A stretch of DNA of 64,000 nucleotides from the human T2T-CHM13v2.0 reference genome, Homo sapiens, in assembly GCF_009914755.1 (NCBI RefSeq), contig NC_060929.1; one strand, 5' to 3'. The translations under genes and the position numbers were made by a program. Positions 12,956 to 26,145 of the stretch are shown here, piece after piece; the stretch's first letter is position 1, and each line of letters begins with the position of its first letter. Below the pieces are notes generated by a model. It did not search any database, was not told where the DNA came from, and saw only the letters and a list, made by a program, of their open reading frames with translations.

Positions 12956-14560
12956 AGTGAGAATGACATCAGCAGGATGGTGGAATACATAGTCCCAGCC
13001 CTCATGTCCCCACAGAAACACTGATTTAACAAAGATAGGCAGAGCAAAATATCTTTAGGAGAAGTTCAAAATGCCAGACAAGAAGTTACAGTACCCCAGA
13101 TGAGCACTGATTTAACAAAGATAGGCAGAGCAAAATATCTTTAGGAGAAGTTCAAAATGCCAGACAAGAAGTTACAGTACCCCAGATGAGCACAAAACTG
13201 AGAAAAGCCATGTGGAAATGAGTAAGAAGGGAAATTTTTACCTTCCCCAGGTCAGACCTTCCTCCAGGCCAGCACAGCTCAGTTCCAAGAAAGCTTGCCT
13301 CAGCCTGAGACTTCTCCCTCAGGGGAAGGAGAGAGTGGAGCAGGCACCGCATGTGCCTGGCCCATCAGGGCACTGTCTGAAGGACTAGCTTCCCTCCTGC
13401 CTCACCCAGAGCACTGAGGGAACTGGTGTGGTTTGAATGCCTGGGGAGAGTTACGAACAAAGAAAAGAGTGAGGGCAGCTTCTTGCAGTCAAGAGGGCTC
13501 TGCAAGATGAGGAGAAAGCACACAACTCAGAGACTTTCCCCCAGGAGGGAGGGAGGAAGAGGAGTGGAGTGTGCTTCCAACTTCTTACACTTCCAGTGCA
13601 CTGCCCTAGAGAAGAGGAGCAGGTGCTGCAGCCAGCACACCTCTGCAAGATCAAAAGAAGACACAACCCTGAGACTTCTCCTTCAGGAGGGAGGGAGAGG
13701 AGCGGAGCCTGCACCTCCATAGAAAAGGTTTGAGAATATCAAAAAACAAAAGATAACAACCGTTGGAGACGATGTAGGGAAATTGGAACTCTCGTATGCT
13801 TTGGTGGGAATGTAAAATGATGCAGTAAAATGGAAAATGGAAAACAGTATGGTGGCTCCTCGGAAACGTAAAAGTAGAGCCACCATATGATCCAGCAATC
13901 CCACTTCTGGGTATATATCCAAAAGAATTGAAATCAGGACCTGAAAGACGTATCTGCGTTCCTATGTTCATTGGCTCAAAAGAGCCAGTATATGGAGACA
14001 ACACAAAATGTCCATGGGGAGACGAATGAATGAAGAAAAGATGGTATACATACACGATGGAGTATTAGCCTTAAAAAAGAAGGAAATCCTAATATTTGTC
14101 ACAGCATGAATGAACCTGGAGGACATTATACTAAGTAAAATAAGATAGTAACAGAGGACAAGTAAAGAAGCAGAGATTAGAATGGTGGTTGCCAGGGGCT
14201 GAGTGGAGGGGGGAATGTGAAGGTCTTCAATGGGTGTAAAGTTTCAGTTATGCACAATGAATACGTTCTAGAGATCTGCTGTACAACAGAGTTCCTAAAG
14301 TACAGTGCTAATAATACTGTATTGTGCCCTTAAAAATTTAAGAGAGTAGATATAATGCTAAGTGTTCTTACCATAAAAAAACCTAAAACAACAAAAAACA
14401 AAGGGGTATGAAGAAACTCTGGAAGTGATGGACAAGTTTATTACCTTGATGGTGATGATAGATTCAGGGGTGTATGCTTGTGTCCAAACTCATCAAATTG
14501 TATACCTTAAATATGTATAGTTTTTGGTATATCAATTATACCTCAATAAAGCTGTTAAAA
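12956..14560 (+). mobile_element. L1M (L1MA9/L1MB-age) element: 5'UTR fused directly to the end of ORF2 and the 3'UTR
   Basis: 5' start gacatcagcaggatggtggaata; junction near 13735; 3' end caattatacctcaataaagctg; degenerate TSD at 12939-12955 and 14557-14573. Confidence 0.8.
13019..13193. repeat. Perfect 86-bp tandem duplication
   Basis: 13019-13104 is identical to 13105-13190, followed by cac. Confidence 0.98.
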
Positions 14561-14689
14561 ATAGACAATTGGGTAATTTTGTATTTCTCTAGCCCATATT
14601 TATCACTGGATTTTCCTACAGCATCCCACTATATTTAATCCATTCCAAGTTTAGCTGTAGGATAATCTTTTTTCACCACCGGTGCTTGG

Positions 14690-15065
14690 GTCATGTCAAT
14701 TACTTGGGACACTCCAAACCTGCTCAGTGTACCTCTCTTCTGCCTTTGTTTATGTTGCTTATTCCTTCCTTGGCTGGTAATGGCTCCCAGCATCCCCTTT
14801 TCTTCCACTTACCACACAGGTAGATTCTTTCTTCAGGGCCCAATTCACCTGTTTGGAAGCTTTCTCCATTGTCTTCCCAGTTCTGCTCAGCACATTTCAG
14901 TGTGTGTCATAAAGCATTTACCCTTCAGCCTGTGTTTGGCTTTGTTGCCTGTTGATCAGCTTCTCCCACTATAAAACTGTGGTTTTTATTTATGTTGATA
15001 ATTCTCTAGTATCTAGGATGGTGCCTTTCACGTAATAGATGCCTAAAACATATTTATTGTTGCAA
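14690..15065 (+). mobile_element. L2 3' fragment
   Basis: Pyrimidine-rich L2-like text ending ctaggatggtgcctttcacgtaatagatgcctaaaacatattt. Confidence 0.5.
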
Positions 15066-17576
15066 TTTTTAAAACTTATTTCAAAATGCATAAATTAATA
15101 AAGTTTGTGTGTTAAAATATTTTCAAAACTCTACCCATTTGGAGAAGTATTGTGATTGAAATGGCTTCTTATGCATTTGTTAAGGGGTTCTAAGCTAGAA
15201 TATGTTGGAATTAATGTGGCTGGCTCACAAAGTGGTGTCTCTTTGATAATCTGTTTTGAATTAAGAAATTTCTGATACCAGAAAATACATATCACTGATT
15301 CAGGGAAATAAGAAAGAAATAGCCAACCAAAGTAACAGATTAAATAAATTACATTTTGTTACTACCAAATACATACAGCTACTAGGTATATTAATATTTG
15401 ACAACTAAGGAATTTTCATAACTTTCTTCAATAAAGACATTTATTCATAATAAGTATATATTGTTTGTTGAAAGGGCACTAATTAAACACTTTAAACTAG
15501 TTTGTTATTATAAATAGGTGATACAATGAAATTATAAAATGTCTCCACCCAACTTTTGCTTATTATGTCAGTTTGTTTCCAAACCTGTTTTCATAGTTGA
15601 ATTATAGGTAAATGTTATTCCAAATCATAAATTCCAAATTAACAGCACAAGAATTAATGAGAATTTTGCCAGGAGCACTTCAGAGTTTACACACACACAA
15701 ACTGAAATCAAGTCACACATCATAACTCAAAATCAGCCACACTCACTTTTGAAAATATTTTTATTAAAAAAGGAATAAGTATGCAATTCCATTGAATGAC
15801 TGTTGCCTCAAGTAAAAGAGCTATGTGGTTCTAAAATACTGTAGACAGTGATCATAAAAATAACTATTTATTGGCCCAAGTTGTCATTATTTCTGCTTTG
15901 GATAGAGTAAATCGGAGAAATCAACTAAGGAGTTTTGCACAGGTTGGATGAGCATAAGCTTTCTTGAACTTTAGTTTTCTCTAAGCCTCAAAGTTTCATA
16001 CTTTTAAACCTTGTTTACTTTCAACAAGACGTGACTTCTTTGCTTCAGAGTAAACAGGCTATAAAAAGTCTCATAAGTCATCTTGGGATTTAGAAAGCTC
16101 TTACCAAACAAAAATCTTAATGGCTTCAGTATCCATGATTCAGAAACATACGGATTGAATTTCCCTTAAAATACACAAGAGCTTGAAAGTTAAGGGTGAA
16201 AGTGGTTGGCCAATTGTACTTGGGGTTTTGTGGGAGCCAAGACTTTCGGAAAGGCACTTGAGACGATTCTCTGTATCCTCAGATTCAATCAGGTTTTCCA
16301 ATTCGGAGTGAGCTCCTTGTAATCACAAGCGATGCATGTATGTAGCTTGAAGTGTTCCCATGGAGGTTGGACAAGCCTTTGTAAAGACCGATGGCATGTG
16401 GCATGTTATGTAATCACGATAATTTGTTTTCTTTTTGTAAAAACATTAACATATATCACTCATTGTCTTTTATCTCCAACGTGAAAGACCTTAACCTTCA
16501 ATGTTACAAGTAGAGCAAAATTATGACCCTTAGTAAGTAAATTTAATGTGGGTGACAACTATCATGAGTTTAGACAACACGTGAGCTTCCATGCCATCTA
16601 TAGTTTTCTGTCCTGAAGAGGGAGAGTATATAAAGTCTTCTGTTTACCCAGAGCCCAAGCACCACCTAGTTCTTTGATTATGAGTTTATAATGACAGATT
16701 TCTCAATAGTATACATGTAAGGTACTGAGACAAATTTTGATGAGTGGCTTATGGGATTGATTACATTTTTATGGCCATTCACAGTATGTCTTTGAACTGA
16801 TGGAAACAGTTGTCTAGCGTAGACAACTTTTTTTTTTCATAGCCATTGGAGGTTTTATGTTCTTTGGAATCTGGAGGGTGGTTTCTTCACTGCTAAGAAA
16901 GGGAAAATGCTAATTACACTTCCTAGCTTTAAGATGAGATCATGTATTTAAATGAAACTTTTAATGTGGTGGTAATTTGCAGTTGTTTTGGCTCCATAAA
17001 CTTTGCTTGCAAGATGATATTTGGTTTGGAGTGGGATCATTTAAAGATTGCATAAAAAAGACCTCTTTGAACGTGATATGGCATGGTGCACACTTAATCT
17101 GATAGAACGCTAAGCAAACCAAGGAATCCCAGCTTTCCTGATCAGAAAAACAATGCGTGAGCTCTGCCTGGTACCTTCTGGTTGGTCAGTGGATGAGGCC
17201 CAGAAATGTGTACTCTGTCCAAGAGAACCAGAATGGTTTATTCTTTCTTCCTCAATGTTGGGCTAAAAGGTAATCAGTTCAATGGGTTAAGAGTTAGGAA
17301 ATCTTTCTTTATAAAACCTAAATGGAAGGTTCTCAATGGAAATCAAATTGTAATATAAAATATGTTCTCTTCAAGATAATTTCTGTATGTTTTGGGATAG
17401 GCTAGGTAAAATCACTTCTTTTTAAAGCCTCTTGATCAAATTCTTATAGCTTTGAACATTTAAAAAAAAAAGGAAAAATCATTTTGAGAAGCTTGAGAGA
17501 CAAGAGATGTTTTCACATAGAATGTTTCCAGACAATTTCTATAGATAACTGTGTGAATCAGATTATGCTGAGATAA

Positions 17577-18150
<574 letters not shown>

Positions 18151-18258
18151 AAAACACCCCAATGGCTATCACACAATTTCATATGCTTACAACTTATAAA
18201 AGTCAATTTAATTTTCACCAAAAATTTTATTCATTTGTCTATCTCTCAAGAATGCATT

Positions 18259-18585
18259 ACAGGTTGATTATCTGTTATCTGAAAAGCTTGGGACCAGAAG
18301 TATTTTGGATTTTGATTTTTGTAAGATTTTGGATATTTGCATATACATAATGAGACATCTTGAAGATAGGGCCCAAGACTAAACATTAAATTTACTTACA
18401 TTTCATATATACCTTACACACATAGCCTGACGATAATTTTTGATAATTTTATACATGAAACAAAATTTGCGTGCAATGAACAATTAGAAAGCAAAGATGT
18501 CACTGTCTTATGTCTGTGCTTGAAAAGTTTCAGAAAAGTTTCAGATTTTGGAGCATTTTGGATATGGAATTTGTATATTAGGGAA
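18259..18585. mobile_element. MER2 (TcMar-Tigger)
   Basis: ta-caggttga..gcttgggaccagaagt..ttttggagcattttggat. Confidence 0.85.
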
Positions 18586-18881
18586 AAGTGAGTAATGTGG
18601 GGCTCTTTGAGAGTGAGCATTGTGCCTCCACATCACAGGTAGGGAATCATGGCTTGCCACAAATAATAGACTAATTGACCAGAAGAAGCCATTCTGTAAA
18701 TGGAAAAGCTTTCACTTCATTTAGATACTTAGAAGTTTGGCTGAATGTGCTGATACTTCTTTTACAAAGAGGAAAAATAGTCTGTGGGCAAGATTATAAC
18801 ATCCATCTTGAAATGTTTTGTTACACAGGTTGAAATAAAGGTAATAATAACAATGTTTTTTTGGGGAATGAAGAGAGTATC

Positions 18882-19010
18882 AGCCAGGTGTGGTGGCTCA
18901 TGCCTGTCATCCTGGAACTTTGGGAGATCGAGGCAGGCTTGAGCTCAGGAGTTTGAGACCAGCCTGGGCAACATAGTGAGATCCCGTCTCAAAAAAAATT
19001 TAATTAAAAA
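18882..19010 (+). mobile_element. FLAM_C-like Alu monomer
   Basis: Single left arm plus A tail; TSD aagagagtat at 18871-18880 and 19011-19020. Confidence 0.9.
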
Positions 19011-19027
19011 AAGAGAGTATTATTCTA

Positions 19028-20975
19028 TAGCTACACAAACATCTAGGAATAAATTTAACCAAGTAGATGAAAGACCTATACAAGGAAAACTACAAAACAG
19101 AGATGAAAGACCTATACAAGGAAAACTACAAAACAGTGATGAAAGAAGTTGAAGAGGATGCAAACAGAAAGGCATCCTATGCTCAAGTATGCTCATGGGT
19201 TGGTAGAATTAATGTGGTTCAAATCACCATACAATCCAAAGCAATCTACAGATTCAGTGCAATTCCTACCAAAATACCAATGCCATTCTTCACAGAAATA
19301 TGAAACAAATATTAAAATTTTGTATGAAGCTACAAAAGACCACAAACAGCCAAAGCAATCTTGAACAAAAAGAACAAAGCTGGAGACATCATACTACCTG
19401 ACTTGAAAATATCCTACAAAGCTGTAGTAACTGAAATAACGTGGTACTGGCAACAAAACAAACACATAGACAAATGGGACAGAAAAAAGAACACTCAAAT
19501 TAGTCCGCTTATCTACAGCCAACTGATTTGGACAAAGTTTCCAAGAACATTCACTGGGGAAAGGACCACATTTTCAATAAATGATGCTAGGAAAACTGGG
19601 TGTTCAAATGTAGAAGAATGAAGCTAGACCCCCACCTCTCCTCCTACACAAAAATCAACTCAAAATGGATTAACGACATAAATGTAAGATCCCCAAACTG
19701 TAAAACTACTGGAAGAAAACATAGGGGAAATGCTTCAGGACATTGGTCTAGGAAAAGATTTTCTGAGTAACACCTCAAAAGCCCAGGCAACTAAAGGAAA
19801 AATGAACAAATGGGATCATATCAAAGTGAAAAGCTTCTGTGCAACAAAAAAACAGTTGACAGAGTAAAACTATAACCTATAGAATGGGAGAAAATAGTTG
19901 CCAACTATTCATCTGACAGGGAATTAATATCCAGAATATACAAGGAACTCAAACATCTCAACAGTAAAAACCAAACAATCCAGTTATAAAATGGACAAAT
20001 TATCCGAACAGACATTTCTCAAAAGAAGTCATACAATGTCCAACAAACATATGAAAAAATGCCCAACATCACTAATCATCAAGGAAATGCAAATAAAACC
20101 ATAATGAGATATCGTTTCACCCCAGTTAGGATGGCTATTATCAAAAGATAACAAAAAATAACAAATATTGGTGAAGATGAGGAGAAAAGGAAACTCTTAC
20201 GTGCTGTTTGTGGGAACGTAAACTAGTACAGCCACTATGGAGAACAGTGTGGAAGTTCCTCAAAAAACTGCAAGTAAAACTATTATAACTATTATATGAT
20301 CCAGCAGTCCCACTACTGGGCATTTATCCAAAGGAAGGGAAATAATATATTGAAGAGACATCTGCACTCCCATGTTTATTGCAGCACCATTCACAATAGT
20401 CAAGATGTGAAATTAACTTAGTGTCAAACAACAGATGAATGGAGAAAGAAAATGTGGCATTTGTACCCAGTGAAATACTATTCAGCCATAAAAAGATGAA
20501 ATCTTGTTATTCATGGCAACATGAATAGAACTGGAGGACATTATGTTAAGTGAAATAAGTCAAGAACAAAAAATTAGACACAGCATGTTCTCAATTGTAT
20601 GTGGAAGCTAAAAAAAGTTGATCTCATCAAAGTAAAAAGCAGTGTAGAGGATACTAGAGGCTGAGAAAGGTAGAAAGAAGTGAAGAGGATAGGGAGAGAT
20701 TTGTTAAAGGATACAAAATTACAGCTAGATATGAGGAATAAATTCTAGTCTTCTATAGCACTGTAGGATGACTATCATTATAATATATTATACAGTTTCA
20801 AATGGCTAGCAGAAGGATATTGAATGTTCCCAAAAAAGAAATTATAAATGTTTGAGATGATGGGTATGCCAATTAATTACCCTGATCTGATCATTAGGCA
20901 TTGTATGTGTCAAAACATCATTATGTACCCCATACATATGTACAATTATTAGATGTCAATTAAAATTTTTTTAAA
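19028..20975 (+). mobile_element. 5'-truncated L1MA
   Basis: ORF2 C-terminal peptides (KDLYKENYKT, CSWVGRINVV, KNKAGDIILPDLK) and L1MA 3'UTR (taccctgatctgatcatta, tgtacaattatt). Confidence 0.93.
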
Positions 20976-21254
20976 GGATACTATTCTAGTCCCCACAAAA
21001 TTATTTATAATTAGATGTTACTATAGAAAACATTGATAGAATTTGCCTCAAATACATTTTAAAAAGGTTAATTAAACTTTAACTTGATCTAATTCTAACT
21101 TGGCTAACTCCAGAGTCTTGTGATCTCTTTTTTTGCCTTTACTGGATGTCTTTTTCATCTTTTTGTTCATCTATCATTTGACTTATGGCTATGTGTTTCA
21201 AACAAATGTCAAAACCATTAGAGGGCCATCCAGTCGTTATAATGGGTGGTATCC

Positions 21255-21422
21255 AGCATAGTTTCCTAAACAGACTAGAATACAAAATATGAAGATGTGT
21301 GGTGTAAAGTTACTGTGTAATGAAACTCTGGTTTCAGGTAATTATGTATATGTTTGCGTGTATATATTTTGTGTGTCTAGGTTGTGATGTTAGCCCCTAT
21401 CAAAAAGTTTGAAAATAATAGA
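21255..21422. mobile_element. Possible hAT-Charlie (MER113-like) fragment
   Basis: aatgaaactctggtttcag..ggttgtgatgt..tcaaaaagtttgaaa. Confidence 0.35.
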
Positions 21423-21984
21423 CTTGAAGCATATCTTGTGCACAAGGAGTTTCAAATTGTAACTGAATAATTGAATCAAACTTGCCGTAAGAAAAAGGCA
21501 GTAGAGTAAAACGTTTTTTGTCATAATGCCTTCAAATGTCTGATTATAAACTAGAAGGAAAATATTTAAAAAGATATAAGATTAAGTACAGGTGGTTTAA
21601 TTATATATACATTTATAGCAACTATCTGTAGCAAAGAACTGTTCACATATTCTTGAATCATGGTTGTGCTTGCATATCCATTCTGGAATCCAATTAAAGT
21701 TGGATCAGAAACAGAGAGATTATAGTGTACTCTTGGTTTGTTTAAAATTCAAATGCTGAAATAGAACATGCCTTCATTTGCTATAATTGAAACAAATGAT
21801 TTCTGAGATTGTATAATTAAACCAGTAAGGTCCTAGTCAGGAGGAAGCACACCATGTCTTATGCTCCAGGCTAAACTTCTGTTCACGAGGCCATTGTGTG
21901 CTTCTCTGTTGAGTAGAGCTCCTACTTGAGAAAAATGCACAAATGTGCTTGAGTGTGGGAACACTTCCCCCATATATTGGTTCT

Positions 21985-22470
21985 TCTCTCAGTGTCCCAG
22001 CAGGAAACAGGCAATGCACTCAAAAGAGGCGATTCAGGAGGGGTCAATGAGAAGGGTATTTGCAAGAAGCAGAAAAGGCGAAGGTAAATGAATAAGGGAT
22101 AATAGAGCACCCCAGGTTTAGCAGGAAGGGGAAGTTGCACCTCCCCAGGTAGGAAGAGGCAAGGAAAAGAGCAGGTTATTAGATTGGTCAGAACTTTATC
22201 CATAGGAGAGCTCCACCTGGAAGGAGAGCAGTGGTTTTAGGTAGAAGAGCACACTCTTAGAAGCCAGCACTTGGGAGGGAGTTGGAGAGATAAATGCACC
22301 GATATCTCTGGCTCCCTAATCTTGATTTCCTGCTAATACCTTGCCTTGGCCAAACCATCCAGAAACTTGAGGGCAAGAGGCGATATTGCTACAGTCCACA
22401 AGGTCAACATAGAGGCAAAAAGCAGGCAGTAAAAGGATAAAGTGAGGTTAGGAATTGGAGAGATGAATAA
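21985..22470 (-). mobile_element. Old ERVL LTR (LTR33-like)
   Basis: Start tcagtgtcccagcaggaaacag..gcactcaaa; ccttggccaaaccatccagaa. Confidence 0.45.
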
Positions 22471-23384
22471 AGTCCAAGTTAGAAGGAGAGTTGAGATTTC
22501 ACCATACCACATGACAACATATCATATGAGAAGGAGAGGTGAAGGGAAGTGAGCTGTGGCCCTTGTGTTGTATTCCTGGTAGGAGGCAACTGAAGAGATT
22601 TGTCTTCTGGAACAAAGCCATCTGAAGGTGAAAGCTTAGGGCTGTGATCCTGGGAGTGGGAAGCTGAAGCTAGCATAAGAGCACCTACATCATATGCTCT
22701 AGGCTGTGGAATGTAGCCATCCTAAGAGGAACTCAAACTGTGTGTATGGTATGGGGGAACTTAAGAAAAACCTACTCAACAATGCTTTTTAGGCTGACTG
22801 ACATCATTCAATTATTTTTCCATCTCAAATATCTAAGTTTTCTCTGGGACTATAATGGAACACAGAAAACCATGCTGATAGTACAGAGTTATGGAACTAG
22901 AAAAGCTTTATCATTGCATGAGCAAACTGAAGAGAAAATAATGCTTTAATATCCATGTTTTTTGCAATGAAGCCAGGCAAATTTGCTAGCAGAAATCTGG
23001 AAGTATCAGAGAGGGGAATCCCCCAAACTGATAAAAAACCAGATATGATTAAACAGGAAATGATACTTACGATTGGGTTAAGGATGATAAAACACCAATA
23101 GAATAATCACTTATTTTGGTGTCTGTATTTGGTTGTAAAGTATATTGATAAATAACTTGAGTGCATTCATGTCTTTGCTCTCCAACTGTAATCTTGCACG
23201 AGATCTTACATTTCTCAAACCTAACTACTTCAACAAGGGTGTTTTCAGAGTTTGATGGCCAGGGTTCTCTATCTTGAGGTCACAAATGAGGTCATCCTTA
23301 AGAGTGGCACATAAGCAGATGAATTTTAATGATGCTGATGAATTTTACTGCTTGCATTATTCTCTATGTGAAACTCTAATATTG

Positions 23385-23478
23385 GCACATTTATGACTTT
23401 ATGACACTTTGCATTTCCGTGAGGTTTGATGCATATTTATGACTTTATGACACTTGCTTTTCCGTGAGGTTTGATGCA
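23385..23478. repeat. Imperfect 45/46-bp tandem duplication
   Basis: gcacatttatgactttatgacactttgcatttccgtgaggtttgat twice with 3 differences. Confidence 0.95.
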
Positions 23479-25292
23479 AGTCTACTTTTATCAAGAATGA
23501 ATTTGTATTCATGGGCTTTATGTAACTTTCATCTTTACTCAAAAATGTCATAACTGGTAGATGTTGCTATTCTTGAGGACAGGTAGTCTGAAAGACAAAT
23601 TGGCAGACAGTAGAATTGTCTGAGGACTTCCCAAATCTCAGCATTTGAGAAGTTTGTAATAACTGATTTACATGTCAACCTTTTTGTCTTACAGTATTCC
23701 CAAAAGGATTGACCTGAAATAAAACTATGAAGTGGGCTTTTTTGTTCCTGGAACTCACATTCTTACTTTCTATTGCTGCTCACTAACCTTTGCATTCATC
23801 TAACACTAAGGTGACTTCATTATGTGTTTATTGAATATCTACTAAGCACAAATCACTGTGGCAGATAGATGGGAAATTAGTAGGTCAGAATTTGCTACCA
23901 TATGCTCCCAAAATTGTCTTGGAAATAAAATGATCCTACTAATTCTGCACTCCAAAACTTCTGTGGCACCCCATTGTGCACAGAATATACTCTCCAAACA
24001 TTAACTTGCTGTTCAAGTCTGTTTTTATGCTCCTCCTAACCTGGGTGCTTTTACCGTGGAGTTATACGTTTTTCATTTAATTCTTCCTCCTCATCCTCCG
24101 TGTCTTGATTGCTCCATTTTCTCTCTTTCTGATTTTAAATTTTTATCTCTTTCTATGATTTTATTATAGGTAGTTACTATAACACAGCTACAATTTACAG
24201 CTAACCACTTTAATGTAGTATAAAGGTATGGGTTATTTAAGCCACACATTATTGCACTTAAGCCAATTTATTTTTACTAGTTGGTTATGTCTGTGAGCAA
24301 CTTGAGGGTGGGGATTCTGTCATTGAATTTTTGTATCCCTAGAGCCTGGCACATAACAAATGCTTTAACAAAAATGGGCTTAGAGAATAAAACAAGTAAA
24401 AGAGATAATAGAAATGCACACACAGTTTTCTACAAATCAGTATGCTGTATACAGACTGTTGAGTGGTATGAGCTCAATACTATTGAATATTAAAGATTCT
24501 GGGACTGAGCTCTTAAGTTGGGGACATTAAGAATAATTTCAAAGAAAGGTTAAATATCGAAGTGCTCTGTGGACTATCAGGACTTTGATAGCTAGAGATG
24601 GGGAAAATGCTTCTTTTTTTGACTGTTTCCTACTTTCGGTTTCCTCTGACTTGCAAAATCCTAATGCAGAGAAAGCAAGGTAAGTTTTACCCCCTTTCCA
24701 ACTCTGAATAAAAGTAGTAGCTTCTAGGAGCATGGTGTTGAGAAGGATGCTGAGGCCCAGTCTGAACAGGACAGAACGAATTCATGGGTGCTGAGCAATT
24801 GACACATACTGGCTCACCATATTTATGTCACAGGATGGATTAGCTCACTTCAAACATTACAAGTAGCTTTCAGACTACATTTTGTAATATAGGAGTGGCA
24901 GGAAACTTCTTAGGGAGAATATCTCCCTTGTGACCCCTCCATTCTATTTCTGTCAATTTATGTCCTTATGTTAAGGTTTTCCTACTTCTAAGATGAATCC
25001 AGATGGTCAAGTTACCCTACCTATGATCTTAGAGACCAGGATAACATTGTAGGGCTTCCTAGGTAAAATATTAATTCTCGGGGTGTGCTCTACACACTTT
25101 GTAGGGTTTTGAATGAGACAGTTATGTACAATCATAGGGCACATAGACCCTTTGATTCTAGAGTCCTGTGATAGATTACAAATTAAACTGTGGTGTTTCT
25201 TTCAAATGTGTCTGGGGAAAAGTGTGAGGCAATGTGACACCCCTACACTTTGTGCTGCCTGCGTGGGTGGAAGACTGCCTCCTCGTCCCTAC

Positions 25293-25413
25293 CAGCATCA
25301 AGACACGTCGTGTGTCCAGACTGTCGTAATATTTATCCACAACATCTGGTATGAGACAGACAGTGAAGTCTGTGCCTTCATTCAAATTAGATTCATGACT
25401 TGGTTTATTTGAA
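25293..25413 (-). other. Putative exon B (121 nt) of an unidentified minus-strand transcript
   Basis: Acceptor tttttttcttcctctgtactag|, donor CTG|gtaggg; one open frame SNKPSHESNLNEGTDFTVCLIPDVVDKYYDSLDTRRVLML; several CpGs retained. Confidence 0.45.
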
Positions 25414-25728
25414 CTAGTACAGAGGAAGAAAAAAATCTTTATACAAAATAACATCTGGGAAGAGATGTACTTGCTTTTCAAAACACTAATGGTATCATGA
25501 ATTCATGAGTTTCTAGAATGATGGCAGATGTCTGAATGGGAAATACTACAAAGAAAGAAAACTAAGAAGTAAAATGGATTTGAAGTACATAGCACTTTGG
25601 TTCCTCAGGTGTTTCCCACTAAAGCCAGAATTAACTACTGATTCTTCCTCTTTAGTAGGGCAGGGGCATGGGGGGCATACTGAATCTGATGCCAGAGAGT
25701 CACTCATTGCTCTATGTGGTCATGGCCA

Positions 25729-25987
25729 TCAGTGGGATGACTGAGCTTTGAGAAGTGCCAGGCTGAACAGTGAGGCAGGAAGGGGACATCGCTCATTGGA
25801 AGTAGAGTTTGCAGGGCAGTGCTGACTACAGAAGTTGGAGCATTTGTAGATGAGTTCCTCTGTGAAGGTGGATGGGGGTACACCTGTGGATGTCCTCTCC
25901 TGATCACTGATGAATGTATCATCACCAAAATCACTGGAATCTTCCCTGTTCCTACTAAATGTCACTGTGGTTTTTTTTTGTCTCAGA
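25729..25987 (-). other. Putative alternative (possibly terminal) exon C
   Basis: Strong acceptor ttttcctgtgacctcttcctgtcccttcccag|; frame open to the stop at 25729 when joined to exon A. Confidence 0.35.
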
Positions 25988-26145
25988 CTGGGAAGGGACA
26001 GGAAGAGGTCACAGGAAAAACCAGAGTTTTTAAAAATATATCTTGAATACCAGAGGTCTTTCTTGTCCTTCTTTATTGAGCACCTTTAGGCAAATAATAT
26101 TTTGCAATGCCAAATGACGCTTTTGTTTTTCATATTTCATTATAC

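Noticed and set aside
13019-13193. Direct repeats as a CRISPR-like array
   Set aside because: Two abutting units, no spacers, eukaryotic L1 context
16808-16837. 9-bp hairpin agttgtcta-gcg-tagacaact followed by T10, resembling an intrinsic terminator
   Set aside because: Mammalian DNA; no Pol III gene upstream; compatible with chance
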